A stretch of 47,298 nt of DNA from Legionellales bacterium (lineage in GTDB: Bacteria > Pseudomonadota > Gammaproteobacteria > Eutrophobiales > Eutrophobiaceae). The notes under the pieces were generated by a model. It saw only the letters and a list, made by a program, of their open reading frames with translations. It was not told where the DNA came from and ran no database searches. Below, one piece after another: positions 10,603-22,100 of the stretch; position 1 is the first letter of the stretch, and each line of letters opens with the position of its first letter. The stretch covers positions 1 through 47,298 of the forward strand of contig NZJM01000061.1 of NCBI GenBank assembly GCA_002692205.1, read 5' to 3'. The position numbers were made by a program, and so were the translations under genes.

Positions 10603-11916
10603 CTAAAGACCATTTATTTCATCCATAAGATTAGGTAGCCATATGATCAAATCGGGTATAAGCATTAGTAGCGCAATTGTTATTAATTGCAATAATACAA
10701 AAGGGAGAACTCCAGAATAAATATTTTTAATATCAACACTCGGCGGAGCAACAGCTTTAAGATAAAATAATGAAAACCCAAAAGGAGGTGTTAAAAAAGA
10801 TGTTTGTAGATTAATTGCAATCAATATTGCAAACCATAATAAATCAATTTCAAATTCAACTGCAATCGGAGCGAGAATAGGTATCACAATAAAACAAATT
10901 TGTAAAAAATCCAGAAAAAAGCCAAGAATAAAAATAAGAAGCATACTTATAAATAAAAAGCCCCACGCACCAGCAGGTAAATTAGACATTACATCCATCA
11001 CTAATTTATCTCCACCAATACCTCTAAAAACAAGCCCAAATGCAGTGGCACCAATCAAAATCATAAATACCATGCTCGTTAGTTTAGTTGTATGTTGCAT
11101 CGATTCATTGAGATTTTTTAAATGTAATCTTTTATGACAACTAGCGAGTATTAGAGCGCCAATAGCTCCTATAGCTGCTGATTCTGTTGGTGTTGCAATA
11201 CCAAGAAAAATAGATCCAAGTACGGCAAATATTAGTAGTAATGGAGGAAAAATAATGCCGAGTAACTGAATAGGTTTAAGATTATTGTTTTCTAAATTCA
11301 ATGCCGGTGCCACATTTGGTTTATACTTAGAGTATATAACTATGTAGAGCATAAAAAGAATTACCAAAAGTAGGCCAGGAATAATTGCCCCAACAAACAA
11401 ACGACCGACAGGAACACCCATTACATCTCCAAGAAGTATCAAAATAATACTCGGAGGAATAATCTGCCCTAATGTGCCAGATGCGGCTATTGTTCCGGAT
11501 GCTAGAGATGCCGAATAATTATGCTTAAGCATTGTTGGAAGAGCAATAATACCCATTGTAACAACTGTAGCACCAACAACTCCTGTCGTTGCTGCTAACA
11601 TTGCTCCAACAATTACAACAGAAAGCGCCAAACCTCCATTTAATCTTCCACATAGCTTCCCCATTGTTTCTAATAAGTCTTCCGCTATACCAGAGCGATC
11701 TAGTATGACACCCATAAAAATAAATAACGGAACGGCAAGCAATGTGAAATTTGTCAAGATTCCCCAAATACGAAGAGGTAATAGGGTAAAAAAATCAACA
11801 CCTAGAAATATTATTCCAAAAACAAGGGCAATAAATCCCGATGTAAAAGCAACAGGGTAACCCAGCAATAATAATAGCATCAGAGAAAGGAACATCAGAA
11901 TAACAATGATAGTCAT
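10603..11916 (-). CDS. dctM: TRAP transporter large permease subunit
   Basis: LAVPLFIFMG, SGTLGQIIPPS, ATPTESAAIG, FLTPPFG; highly hydrophobic. Confidence 0.92.
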   Translation of the reverse strand: MTIIVILMFLSLMLLLLLGYPVAFTSGFIALVFGIIFLGVDFFTLLPLRIWGILTNFTLLAVPLFIFMGVILDRSGIAEDLLETMGKLCGRLNGGLALSVVIVGAMLAATTGVVGATVVTMGIIALPTMLKHNYSASLASGTIAASGTLGQIIPPSIILILLGDVMGVPVGRLFVGAIIPGLLLVILFMLYIVIYSKYKPNVAPALNLENNNLKPIQLLGIIFPPLLLIFAVLGSIFLGIATPTESAAIGAIGALILASCHKRLHLKNLNESMQHTTKLTSMVFMILIGATAFGLVFRGIGGDKLVMDVMSNLPAGAWGFLFISMLLIFILGFFLDFLQICFIVIPILAPIAVEFEIDLLWFAILIAINLQTSFLTPPFGFSLFYLKAVAPPSVDIKNIYSGVLPFVLLQLITIALLMLIPDLIIWLPNLMDEINGL

Positions 11917-12434
11917 TAGTTTTTTTCCAATACAAATAGAATTTTTTTCAGTAGCTCAGCAATACCTTGGATTAATAGCATAAAGAAGCCAACAGGAATT
12001 GCAGCTTTAATAAGCCAGCGACCGGGTAACCCTCCTGAATCAGGGGATATTTCACCGTGAGCATACGCTTGCATTACAAAAGGCCAAGCGCTAATAATTA
12101 TTAAAGTACAAAATGGTAAAAGGATTAAAAGTATACCTGCTACGTCAAACCATAGGCGCATTTTTTCACTTATCAGCTTACTGTTATATAATATATCGAG
12201 TCTTACATGTTCATCATGTTTTAAGGTGTATGCTGAGCCTAATAGGAAAATTATCGAGAATATATGCCATTCAAGTTCTTGAATAGCAATTGATCCGCTA
12301 CTAAACAGGTAGCGCATGAATACATCATACCCAACAAGTAATACAAGCATAACTACTAGTACAGAAATACACTTACCAGTATATTCGGTAAATGCATCAA
12401 TTTTTAATATAATTTTTAGTAGTAGTGATTTCAA
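11916..12434 (-). CDS. dctQ: TRAP transporter small permease subunit
   Basis: QELEWH, AYTL..DEHVRLD, 4 TM segments; overlaps dctM start. Confidence 0.9.
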   Translation of the reverse strand: MKSLLLKIILKIDAFTEYTGKCISVLVVMLVLLVGYDVFMRYLFSSGSIAIQELEWHIFSIIFLLGSAYTLKHDEHVRLDILYNSKLISEKMRLWFDVAGILLILLPFCTLIIISAWPFVMQAYAHGEISPDSGGLPGRWLIKAAIPVGFFMLLIQGIAELLKKILFVLEKN

Positions 12435-12443
12435 AATAATATT

Positions 12444-13247
12444 TTACATATTCTCATTTTTTAATAATTTTTTTTGATACTGATTTGATAATGTAACAAA
12501 ATCTTTTATTTGTAAATTTTCAGCACGAAGATTTCCATCTATCCCTAATTCGCTTATATCATTTTTATTTAAAAATATCTTTAATGCATTTCGAATTGTC
12601 TTTCTTCTTTGTGAAAAGGCTTCTCTAACAATTATTTTAAAACTTTCATTACTATATAGATCATATTTAGTATTAGATAATGGAGTTATTTTTATTATTG
12701 CTGAATCAACTTTTGGACTAGGATTAAAAGCATCTGGTTTTATTATTAACATCGATTCTACATCACAATAATATTGTAAAATAACTGATAGACGACCATA
12801 TTTCTTACTGTTAGGCTTTGCACAAATTCTTTCTACAACTTCTTTTTGTAGCATAAAAAACATATTTTTTATTATCTTTTTGTATGATAAAAGATGGAAT
12901 AATAGGGGTGTGCTGATATTATATGGTAAATTACCAATGAGCCTTATATTTTTATTTTTAAATTTTGAGTAATCAAATTTTAATGCATCATTTTCATAAA
13001 CTACAAATTCTTCATTTTTTATTTTTTCTTTTAATAATCTTGCTAGCTCTCTATCAATTTCTATAGCATTTAAATTTTTTACATATTTAAGAATAGGAAT
13101 TGTTAATGCTCCTTTCCCCGGGCCTATTTCAATAATAAAATCATCTTTTTGCGGATTTATTAAATTAATGATTTTATCGATTATAACTTGATCTTTTAGA
13201 AAGTTTTGACTAAACCTTTTTCGTATGTGATGCGAATCAATTTGCAT
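12444..13247 (-). CDS. rsmA: 16S rRNA m6,2A dimethyltransferase KsgA
   Basis: QNFL, EIGPGKGALT, GNLPYNISTP, MLQKEV, QRRKT. Confidence 0.96.
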   Translation of the reverse strand: MQIDSHHIRKRFSQNFLKDQVIIDKIINLINPQKDDFIIEIGPGKGALTIPILKYVKNLNAIEIDRELARLLKEKIKNEEFVVYENDALKFDYSKFKNKNIRLIGNLPYNISTPLLFHLLSYKKIIKNMFFMLQKEVVERICAKPNSKKYGRLSVILQYYCDVESMLIIKPDAFNPSPKVDSAIIKITPLSNTKYDLYSNESFKIIVREAFSQRRKTIRNALKIFLNKNDISELGIDGNLRAENLQIKDFVTLSNQYQKKLLKNENM

Positions 13248-13280
13248 TTATTTCTATCGCTATAAAAAATAATTATGTTT

Positions 13281-14288
13281 TCAATTACTCGATTGATTTT
13301 TTATCATTTTATTAGCCATATTTATAGCAGCCAGTAAACTACTACATTCAGCCTGACCCGTTCCAGCGAGTCTAAGAGCGGTACCATGGTCAACCGAGGT
13401 TCTGATTATTGGTAATCCCAAAGTTGTATTGACCGTATCTCCAAACCCAAATGTTTTCAGCACTGGTAACCCCTGATCATGATACATACATATGTATACA
13501 TCTGTTTCTTTCCTTCTATCCTCTCTAAATGCAGTATCAGCAGGAACAGGCCCAGATACATTAAATCCGTTAGTAATAAAATTATTAATGACTGGTGTAA
13601 TCACTTCTTTTTCTTCACTGCCTAAGTAACCATCTTCTCCTGCATGCGGGTTTAAACCACAAACAGTAATTTTTGGATTATTAATAGCTAGCTTACTTCT
13701 CATTTCTTTAATAATAAGGCTGATCACTTTTTTAACTTTCTCGCTTGTTATAGCTTTAGGTACATTAATGAGAGGCAAGTGAGTAGTAACAAGTGCAACT
13801 CTAAACTCTCCACAGCTAAGCAACATGACAGGAACATCGACATTATATTTTTTTGCTAGGTATTCCGTATGGCCGCTAAATTTTATTCCAGCATCATTAA
13901 TAATTGATTTTTGTATTGGTGTTGTAATTAGGCCATCGAATTTATTTTCAAGGCAATATTCAGAAGAAGTATCCAGCATTTCGATAACATAGTTAACATT
14001 TTTTACATCTAGTAATCCCGGCTCACTATCAACTTTTAATTTTATTGGTAATACTTTTAGAAATTTATTTTCATTATTTTTTTCGGAAAAATTATTTTTT
14101 GAAACAATCTCTATTTCTAAAGGAATTGATAATAAGTTTGCACGTTGTTTTAATAAATCTGGGTCGCCGATGATTGTCAAATCATAGTCATGCTTTATTT
14201 GTTGTAGCTTAACGATAAGATCTGGACCTATACCCGCAGGTTCTCCAGCCGTTATAAGAAGACGAGGATTATTTTCTTTAGATATCAT
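13281..14288 (-). CDS. pdxA: 4-hydroxythreonine-4-phosphate dehydrogenase
   Basis: GEPAGIGPD, GHTEYL, GLNPHAGE, MYHDQG, RTSVDHGTA. Confidence 0.96.
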   Translation of the reverse strand: MISKENNPRLLITAGEPAGIGPDLIVKLQQIKHDYDLTIIGDPDLLKQRANLLSIPLEIEIVSKNNFSEKNNENKFLKVLPIKLKVDSEPGLLDVKNVNYVIEMLDTSSEYCLENKFDGLITTPIQKSIINDAGIKFSGHTEYLAKKYNVDVPVMLLSCGEFRVALVTTHLPLINVPKAITSEKVKKVISLIIKEMRSKLAINNPKITVCGLNPHAGEDGYLGSEEKEVITPVINNFITNGFNVSGPVPADTAFREDRRKETDVYICMYHDQGLPVLKTFGFGDTVNTTLGLPIIRTSVDHGTALRLAGTGQAECSSLLAAINMANKMIKNQSSN

Positions 14289-15588
14289 CTAAGCGATACT
14301 CAACGTATGCTTCATCAAGAAGTTGTGTTTTCCAGTTTTGTAAAGCCTCGTTTAGTTTTCTATCACCAATTATATTTCTTACTTTAGTTCGTTTTAGATT
14401 TTCAGAATTGTCATGATTACGTCTTTCGAGCACTTGAGCAATATGCCATCCGTATTGTGTTTTAAATGGCTTACTAATTTCATTCGATTTTAATTCATCT
14501 AGTACATTTTGAAATTCAACAACAAGTTGTCCTGTTGTTGTCCAACCAAGTTCACCACCTTCTATTGCACTCATTGCGTCATCAGAATTACCTTTTGCTA
14601 ATAAGGCAAAATCATCACCACTCATGATACGCATTCTCAGTTGATTCAATTTTTTCTCAGCATCTTCACTTGTTGTATATTCATTTGTTTTAATGAGAAT
14701 ATGTCTAGCAAGTGTTTGCTTAACCATATTTTTTTTCATGTCTTTAATTTCAGAAATTTTGATTATATGAAATCCACTGGGGCTTCGGATTAATTCGCTA
14801 ATATCATTAAGTTTCATATTTGGAATATATTTAGAAAATATACTCGGTATATCTTTTTCCTTCCTCCAACCCAGATCTCCTCCTAATTTAGCATTACCAC
14901 CATCAGATACAGTTGCAGCGATTTTTTTAAAATCGCCACCCGCTAAAAGCTCATCTCTAACTTTTATTGCCATTTCTTTTGTTTGATTAACTTCCTCATT
15001 TGTTGCTGTATCGGGCAGCGAGAACAGTATATGTGAAAGACGTATTTCTGACTCGAATAAATTCTGTGAGTTTTCATTGGATAAAAAATTATCGATTTCT
15101 TTTTCAGTTATGTTAATTCGATTTTCTATTTGTCTTTTACGTAGTTGTGTAAGAGTAATTTCATTACGAATATTTTCTCGAAATTTTTTATAGTTATAGC
15201 CATCTTTTTTTAATATTTCTTTAAATTCGTCCAAGGTAACACGGCTTTCAGCTGCAATATTACTTATTGTTCTATTGAGATTTGTTTCGCTAACTTTAAT
15301 GCCGACGACAGCTGCAAGCTGCAGTTGAATTCTTGTGAGTATTAGATTATTCAATACCTGGCGTTTTAAAACAGATAAAGGTGGAGGCTCAACCCCCCTT
15401 TGCTTTAATTGACTTGATGAAATTCGTAATTGGTTATCAAGTTCACTTTTCATAATAACATCTTCATTTACGATTGCGACGATACGATCAAGTGGAGTAT
15501 AAGCAAATACAAATGATTGGATTACACATACTGACATTAACCCCAACACTAAATGTTGGAGTTGTTTTTTGAAGAAATTAGAAATCAC
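14278..15588 (-). CDS. surA: Periplasmic chaperone/PPIase SurA
   Basis: LDRIVAIVN; two parvulin domains (HIL, GGDLGW / GGELGW, GFHI / GWHI); lies between lptD and pdxA. Confidence 0.95.
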   Translation of the reverse strand: MISNFFKKQLQHLVLGLMSVCVIQSFVFAYTPLDRIVAIVNEDVIMKSELDNQLRISSSQLKQRGVEPPPLSVLKRQVLNNLILTRIQLQLAAVVGIKVSETNLNRTISNIAAESRVTLDEFKEILKKDGYNYKKFRENIRNEITLTQLRKRQIENRINITEKEIDNFLSNENSQNLFESEIRLSHILFSLPDTATNEEVNQTKEMAIKVRDELLAGGDFKKIAATVSDGGNAKLGGDLGWRKEKDIPSIFSKYIPNMKLNDISELIRSPSGFHIIKISEIKDMKKNMVKQTLARHILIKTNEYTTSEDAEKKLNQLRMRIMSGDDFALLAKGNSDDAMSAIEGGELGWTTTGQLVVEFQNVLDELKSNEISKPFKTQYGWHIAQVLERRNHDNSENLKRTKVRNIIGDRKLNEALQNWKTQLLDEAYVEYRLDDI

Positions 15589-17821
15589 TTCTATAGCCCG
15601 GAATTTGTTCTTTCAAAAAGTTAACCGTCTTTTTCCCTACTCCAGCAAGCCCTTTCAATTCTAGTTGAAAAAATATTCCGGTATCAAATACACCATTAAC
15701 ATCTGTTAGGAATCTTCTCGCGACAGCTCGAAATGCCCAGCAACAGCTTTCGTATTCAAGCCCGCCAAAAAGTTCTAACGAGCGACCTTCTGGCACGGCG
15801 TAGTTCCAACGCCCAACAGCACTCCATTGACGATTAACTGGCATTCTAAATGAAACGTCACTTTGCTCTATATCTGTTGTATCCCTTCTGACTCGATAAG
15901 CTAGATTTAATACTTTTCCAGGTATTGGAGCATAAGTTGCATTCATAGTTATTTTCTCGGTTGAATTTCCTATATTGGGATCCCATTGAATATCACCACC
16001 AATCGTCCAGTTTTTTATGAGTTTCGTATTTATTTCAGCAATTATTGCTGAGCTTGATTCGTCTCTAATTCCATTTCCAGGAAGCGTAACTTCACGATCA
16101 CGTAAATAAAAAATTTGTCCAAAACTTATGTCTCCATAATTCTTACCACTTTTTTGATTAATTAAGTGAGAAGTTACGGTTAATGCTATTTGGTTTGCAT
16201 CACCAAGTCTGTCGTCTCCACTAAAACGATTATCTCTAAATAATGAATCAAAGGTAAGATCAAATGTACCCGTATCAAATACAGGTAGGTCCGATTGATC
16301 ATCTTTAGGAACGAAAAGATAAAATAATCGTGGTTCTAGTGTTTGTAAAAAACTATCACCTGCAAAATTAATATTTCTCTCTAAAAATATTTTACTATCT
16401 AAACTAAATATAGGTAAAAATCGATTAGGACTTTCACTAAAGGTATTAGAATTATCAAGATGATATTGTGTATAGTCCAGACTAAATTTAGGCTCGAGGT
16501 AGGTAGCTATAGTTCGAATTGGATATTTAATATATGGCTTTAAGCTAATTCTTGCACCATTTATATTATTGCTAAAATTTGCATTATCACCACGCTCAAA
16601 GTAAACAGCGTTACTCTTTAGTCCGTAATTTAATCGACTATACTGCCGAGGCGGGGCATAGTTAAATAAAACCTGTGGCAAGCGTTTATAAGGTCTTGAT
16701 GAAACAGCTATACTTCGATCGACAGTTTGATAATCCTGAATACGTGTTGTTACATCCCAATTATTACTTTGATAAGAAACATCAACACGACGCTCTAAAA
16801 AGCGAGTACTCGTTTTACTCAATTGACTACCAAAATCCTCAAAATAAAATTTGTCTGAGACTCTATTATAGGTAAAGAAAAAATTACCAGTCTCAGCAAA
16901 CGATTGCTGGTGAGTTATATGGAATAGATTTCTATGTTTATCTTCGAAGTTGTTGTCACTTGCTAGATATTCTAAATTTATTTCACCTTTGCTGTTTGGA
17001 TATAAGTAGCGGTATTCGCCCATTGCCATAATGCCAGAGTCTGACAAAATTCGAGGAGTGAAGGTAGCATCCATATTGGGGCTTATATTCCAATAGTAGG
17101 GGGTTCTAAATTCAACACCATTTCTATTAGTTGCCCCGTAGCCAGGCGCAAGAAATCCACTTTTACGCTCTTTACTAAGCGGAAAAGACATGTAAGGGCT
17201 GTAGAAGATAGGGATTTTTTTAATCTTAATCATAACATGTTTTGCTTTACCCCAATTATTTTCATGATCAAGACTAATTTTATCTGCTGATAGTTGCCAA
17301 AATTGATTCTCCGGATCGCATGTCGTGTACGTTACTTTTTCTAATTCGGTTAGTTTTCCTAGATCGACAAACAATCTTTCTGCATTTCCAACACCACGAC
17401 TATCAGTCAGAATATATTCTGCATTTTCAAATTCACCATGACCATTGTCGAGTTTTAGGTTAGCTTTTTTACTTTTTAAAAATAATGTTTCATCCCAGTA
17501 TCTTACTTCACCATTAAGAGCTGCATTATCATTAGGTTCATCATAATCTATTGTATTAGCTTCGATCTGCTGCATTTTTCGTCTAATTTCAGCATTACCA
17601 CTTAACGATGAGATGCCTCCTTCAATTAATTCAGCATTATCAGCACTCATATAGATATCTCCATCATCCACATCAGTTTCGCTATAGGGTTTTTCTGGGA
17701 TGCTAAGAGATTGGGGGCAAATCAACGAAGAATACTCCCCACCAAGCTCGGCAGCATTAATACAGTAGGGCAGCGAAAAGATGCTAAATAGCGCTACTAG
17801 CTTGTTTTTAAAGTACTTCAT
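15578..17821 (-). CDS. lptD: LPS assembly outer membrane protein LptD
   Basis: YTTCDP, RKSGFL, PYYWNI.PN.D, FRDNRFSG.DR, YESCCW, FQLELKGL; ATG at 17821 gives a clean signal peptide (ORF track extends to 17860). Confidence 0.95.
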   Translation of the reverse strand: MKYFKNKLVALFSIFSLPYCINAAELGGEYSSLICPQSLSIPEKPYSETDVDDGDIYMSADNAELIEGGISSLSGNAEIRRKMQQIEANTIDYDEPNDNAALNGEVRYWDETLFLKSKKANLKLDNGHGEFENAEYILTDSRGVGNAERLFVDLGKLTELEKVTYTTCDPENQFWQLSADKISLDHENNWGKAKHVMIKIKKIPIFYSPYMSFPLSKERKSGFLAPGYGATNRNGVEFRTPYYWNISPNMDATFTPRILSDSGIMAMGEYRYLYPNSKGEINLEYLASDNNFEDKHRNLFHITHQQSFAETGNFFFTYNRVSDKFYFEDFGSQLSKTSTRFLERRVDVSYQSNNWDVTTRIQDYQTVDRSIAVSSRPYKRLPQVLFNYAPPRQYSRLNYGLKSNAVYFERGDNANFSNNINGARISLKPYIKYPIRTIATYLEPKFSLDYTQYHLDNSNTFSESPNRFLPIFSLDSKIFLERNINFAGDSFLQTLEPRLFYLFVPKDDQSDLPVFDTGTFDLTFDSLFRDNRFSGDDRLGDANQIALTVTSHLINQKSGKNYGDISFGQIFYLRDREVTLPGNGIRDESSSAIIAEINTKLIKNWTIGGDIQWDPNIGNSTEKITMNATYAPIPGKVLNLAYRVRRDTTDIEQSDVSFRMPVNRQWSAVGRWNYAVPEGRSLELFGGLEYESCCWAFRAVARRFLTDVNGVFDTGIFFQLELKGLAGVGKKTVNFLKEQIPGYRSDF

Positions 17822-17970
17822 TATAATTACTGTATAATTCCTATTTGATATCTTTAACATCTAAAATCGCACAGAATGCATTTATGTTCAAATTTTTATG
17901 TGTTTTTCTTGTCATAACTATAATTACAACAATTTATTAAGAAAATTATACAAAAATTCAATAATTTATA

Positions 17971-19107
17971 ATGAAAATACTTATCCTCATATTTATTACT
18001 ACTCTTTTAGTGGTTGGCCTATTTTGGACCAAACCAGAAACTCACGCAGAACTCCAATCATTATCTCCATCGATTGTGGAGGTTGAAATAATTAAGGAAA
18101 TTGAGATTCAACCCATAGTAAAAGTGACTGGAAAATTGGAGCCAGCTCGAAAAGCGAGTCTACATTTTCAGGTTTCTGGTCAAATAAATGAAAGATTTGT
18201 AGAGGCAGGACAGAAGGTCAATAAAAATATAAAAATGCTCTCTATTAATGCGGATGATTTTGTAGATACAGTAGAGGAATCTAAAGCTTTATTAGAAATA
18301 AGACGCAGCACAATAGAACGTGATATACGTTTACTAGAACTAATCAAAAAAGAGCGTGCATTACAAGAAGACGAAGTAAAAAGATTAGAGCAACTCGGTC
18401 AAAATTCTCTTTCATCAAAATCAAATTATGATCAGGCTTTACAGGCCTTATATCGTCAACAAGCTGAAGAGGCTCGGCTAAATCATAGCCTTGGTTTAGC
18501 TCGTTCAGAATTAAAAGTCGAGCAGGCAAAACTTAATATTGCTAAACGTAATTTGGCTCGTACTAAACTTATCTCACCGTTTAGTGGAACAGTTAATGCT
18601 GTTTATGCAGAGGTAGGTGATTATGTTTCCCCAGGACAGGCAGCAGTTGAAATTATCCAGCTTAATGAACTAGATCTAAATCTCGAAATAAATGGAAGAG
18701 CAGCTTCAAAACTAAAATTGGGTCAAGAAATAACAATTACAACGAACAATGGAAATAAATTAGGACGAGTTCTGGCGCTTGCTTTGGACCCTAGTCCCGA
18801 GACGAATACGCATACAATGAGAATAAGACTAGCATCTGACGGATTATTTTCTGGGCAACTAGCTGTCGCAAATATACCAGGGGATTTTTATGAAAAAGCT
18901 AATGTGATACCAATTAGCTCAATATTATATGAGGGTGGCAGCGCGTATATTTTTGAAATTATTGGTAATAATGTTTTTAAGAAAAAAATTAGATTGGTTG
19001 ATAGGTACAATGATCTACAAATCATAGAAGGCATAGCGCCGGGCACCAGCATCGTTGCTAGAGATGTATCCAATTTAATGGATGGGCAGTTAATAATTTC
19101 AAATTGA
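17971..19107 (+). CDS. RND efflux periplasmic adaptor (membrane fusion protein)
   Basis: N-terminal anchor, lipoyl half-motifs (VSGQI..V.AGQ.V; SPFSGTV..V.A.VGDYV), long coiled coil. Confidence 0.88.
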   Translation: MKILILIFITTLLVVGLFWTKPETHAELQSLSPSIVEVEIIKEIEIQPIVKVTGKLEPARKASLHFQVSGQINERFVEAGQKVNKNIKMLSINADDFVDTVEESKALLEIRRSTIERDIRLLELIKKERALQEDEVKRLEQLGQNSLSSKSNYDQALQALYRQQAEEARLNHSLGLARSELKVEQAKLNIAKRNLARTKLISPFSGTVNAVYAEVGDYVSPGQAAVEIIQLNELDLNLEINGRAASKLKLGQEITITTNNGNKLGRVLALALDPSPETNTHTMRIRLASDGLFSGQLAVANIPGDFYEKANVIPISSILYEGGSAYIFEIIGNNVFKKKIRLVDRYNDLQIIEGIAPGTSIVARDVSNLMDGQLIISN

Positions 19108-19149
19108 GATTATTAAATCAATTTCACTTTTTTTATATCTAAATGTTCT

Positions 19150-22100
19150 ATGATCCCCATACATTTTTCACTTAAAAACCCGTTGTTAGTAAATTTAAGT
19201 CTAATTATTATTTTAATAATGGGATTTTTGTCATGGAAGGGCTTACCTCAAGAGGTTTTTCCTGTTGTCGATTTAGATATGGTCAGCATAAAAACTAATT
19301 TTGAAGGAGCTTCTCCTGCTGAAGTTGAGAAGCAAGTTACTTTAGCAATTGAGGAAGAATTTCGAGATAGTCAAGATATTGATTTTATATCCTCCATAAG
19401 TAAGGAGGGAGTATCGAGCATTATTATTAAATTAAAGTCTGGAACTAATGTTAATAATTTTATGCGTGATACTCGAACTTTACTCGATCGCGTAAATGAT
19501 TTACCTGACCTTAGTGAAGAGCCAGAATTGAAAAGAATTAGAACTCGTTTTCCAGTTATAACTTTAACTCTTTTTGGGAATCTATCGAAAGCGGAGCTTT
19601 ATGAGTATTCTGAAAAAGCTCGTAGAAGAATTCAGAAGATTAAAGGTATTGCCAGTATTGGAATAGCGGGCGAACAAGATTGGGAAATTTGGGTTGAGGT
19701 AGATCCGCATCAACTTGCAGCATTTAATATACCATTAGGAGTAATTAATTCAGCATTAAAGAATAATTTAATAGATCAGCCAGGCGGTTCGATTAAATCT
19801 CGTGAAGGAGATATTCGCTTAAGAGGTAAAGGAGTTCAGTCTGACCCAGAGAGCATTAAAGAGATCGTATTAAGAACAAATGATAATGGTGGAGAATTAA
19901 AACTAGGTGACATAGCAAGAGTTGTACGTAGATTTGAAGAACCAAAAACTTATGCAAGATTCAATGGAAAGCCTTCGGTTAATTTAACTGTAACAAAAAC
20001 TGCAGATGCATCAACAATAGATATATCTAGAAAAATTAGATTATTATCAGATAAGTTAAACGATGAATTACCTGGCAACATTAGTGCTGGATATCATACT
20101 GATATGTCCGTTTATGTAAAAACTCGTCTCAATGTTGTTAAGTCATCAGGTTTAATAGGATTGATATTAGTTTTATTTTCACTTTATCTCTTGCTGAATT
20201 TTCGTGTTGCTTTGGTTACTGCTTTTGGGATACCTGTTTCTTTTTTATTTGCAGTTATATTACTTTTTTATCTCAATTTTACAATTAATATGGTTTCATT
20301 ATTTGCTTTTCTGATTGTATTGGGAATGATTGTTGATGATGCGATTATCGTTACCGAGAATATATTTCGACATATTGAAAATGGAATGGCTCCATTGGAT
20401 GCTGCATCTGTTGGTGCAAAAGAGGTTTTTTGGCCGGTTGTTGTTTCAACATTAACAACGATAGCGGCTTTTCTACCTATATTTTCTATAGGCGGCGTAT
20501 TGGGTGAATTCATTAAAGTTATACCTGTTGTTGTTTGTTGTGCCCTTCTGGGTTCATTAATCGAAGCTTTCGTTGTGTTACCAACGCATGCTGCTCAATT
20601 CATAAAACATAAAAAAAATAAAACATTTATAAATTGGGAGGCATTATTAAATAAATATTCAAATTTGTTGAATTGGTCAATCATGAATCGTTATTTTGTT
20701 GCAATACTTAGTATTTGTATTTTATTTTTGAGTATTGCATACGCAAGCACAAGACTTCCATTTCAACTTTTTGGTGAGGTCGAAATCGGCCAATTTTTTG
20801 TAAATGTTGAAACTCCGAATACATATAGCCTAAATGACAGTCTTGTATTGGCAAAAGAACTAGAGAAAAAAATCGATAGCGTTATCCACGAAGAAGAGCT
20901 TCTTTCGTTAATAACAAATGTTGGTATAAGCATGATCGATTTTAATCGAAGCAAGGCCGGAAGTAATGTAATTCAATTTGTTATCGATTTAAAGAAACCT
21001 ATACCAAGTGGTTTTATTGATAAATGGGTTACGCCAATTGTAAGTTTAGAATTTGATCAAGCAGGAACGAGAGCAAGAGGTGCTGATACTATTATCAATG
21101 AAATTAGAAATGAATTCTCAAAAGTCACAGGTGTTAATAAAGTGAGCATTCTAAAACCAAATGCTGGGCCAGCTGGAGATGATATTGAATTGGGAATAGT
21201 CGGTAATGATCTAGTATTTTTGCAAGAAAAAGCGATAGAGATTAGCGACTATATGAAACGCATGTCAGGTGTTAATGATGTAGTACATGATCAGGAGCCT
21301 GGCAAATGGGAGTACAATTACAAATTAAATGATCGAGGTAAACGTTTAGGTCTGACTCAAAACGAACTAGCCGATGTTGTTCGTAGTGGATATCTCGGCA
21401 ATGAAGTTGTTAATGTTACGTGGGGCGAAAAAAGGGTGCCTATTCGTGTTATATATCCCGAATTAATTAGACAACAATCAACAAGTCTAGTCGAGTTACC
21501 GATTGTGCTAGATTCTGGAAAAAAGGTTTTTTTAGGGGATGTTGCTAATATTAATATTGGTCAAGGTTTAAATCAAATACGAAGAAGAGATGCACAGCGG
21601 ATGGCAAAAATAACAGCCGATGTAGACTCATCTATCACAACACCGAGTGAAGTTATTAAGCAAATAAATAATTCTTTTAGTGATGAACAAAAAACAAAAC
21701 CATATTCACTGCTATTCCTTGGAGAAAAGAAAAGGGCGGAAGATTCTTTTAAAGATATTACAAAAGCATTAATTATCGCCTTAGCAATAATATTCTTTAT
21801 GTTAACAGCTTTGTTTAAGTCTCTTATAGAACCTCTGGTGGTGATGTTTGCTATACCATTCGGTTTTATCGGTGTTGTTATCGGGCATGCTATGTTTAGT
21901 TATAATATTCAATTTTTATCCGCGGTAGGAACGCTAGCATTATCAGGTATAATTGTTAATGATTCGTTAATAATGGTTGATTTCATAAAGAAATTACGGA
22001 GCGATGGTGTTGATAAGATTGCAGCTGTTATAGGTGCAGGGAAAGTGAGAGCAAGACCAATACTATTAACAACTATTACAACTTTTCTGGGTGTATCTCC

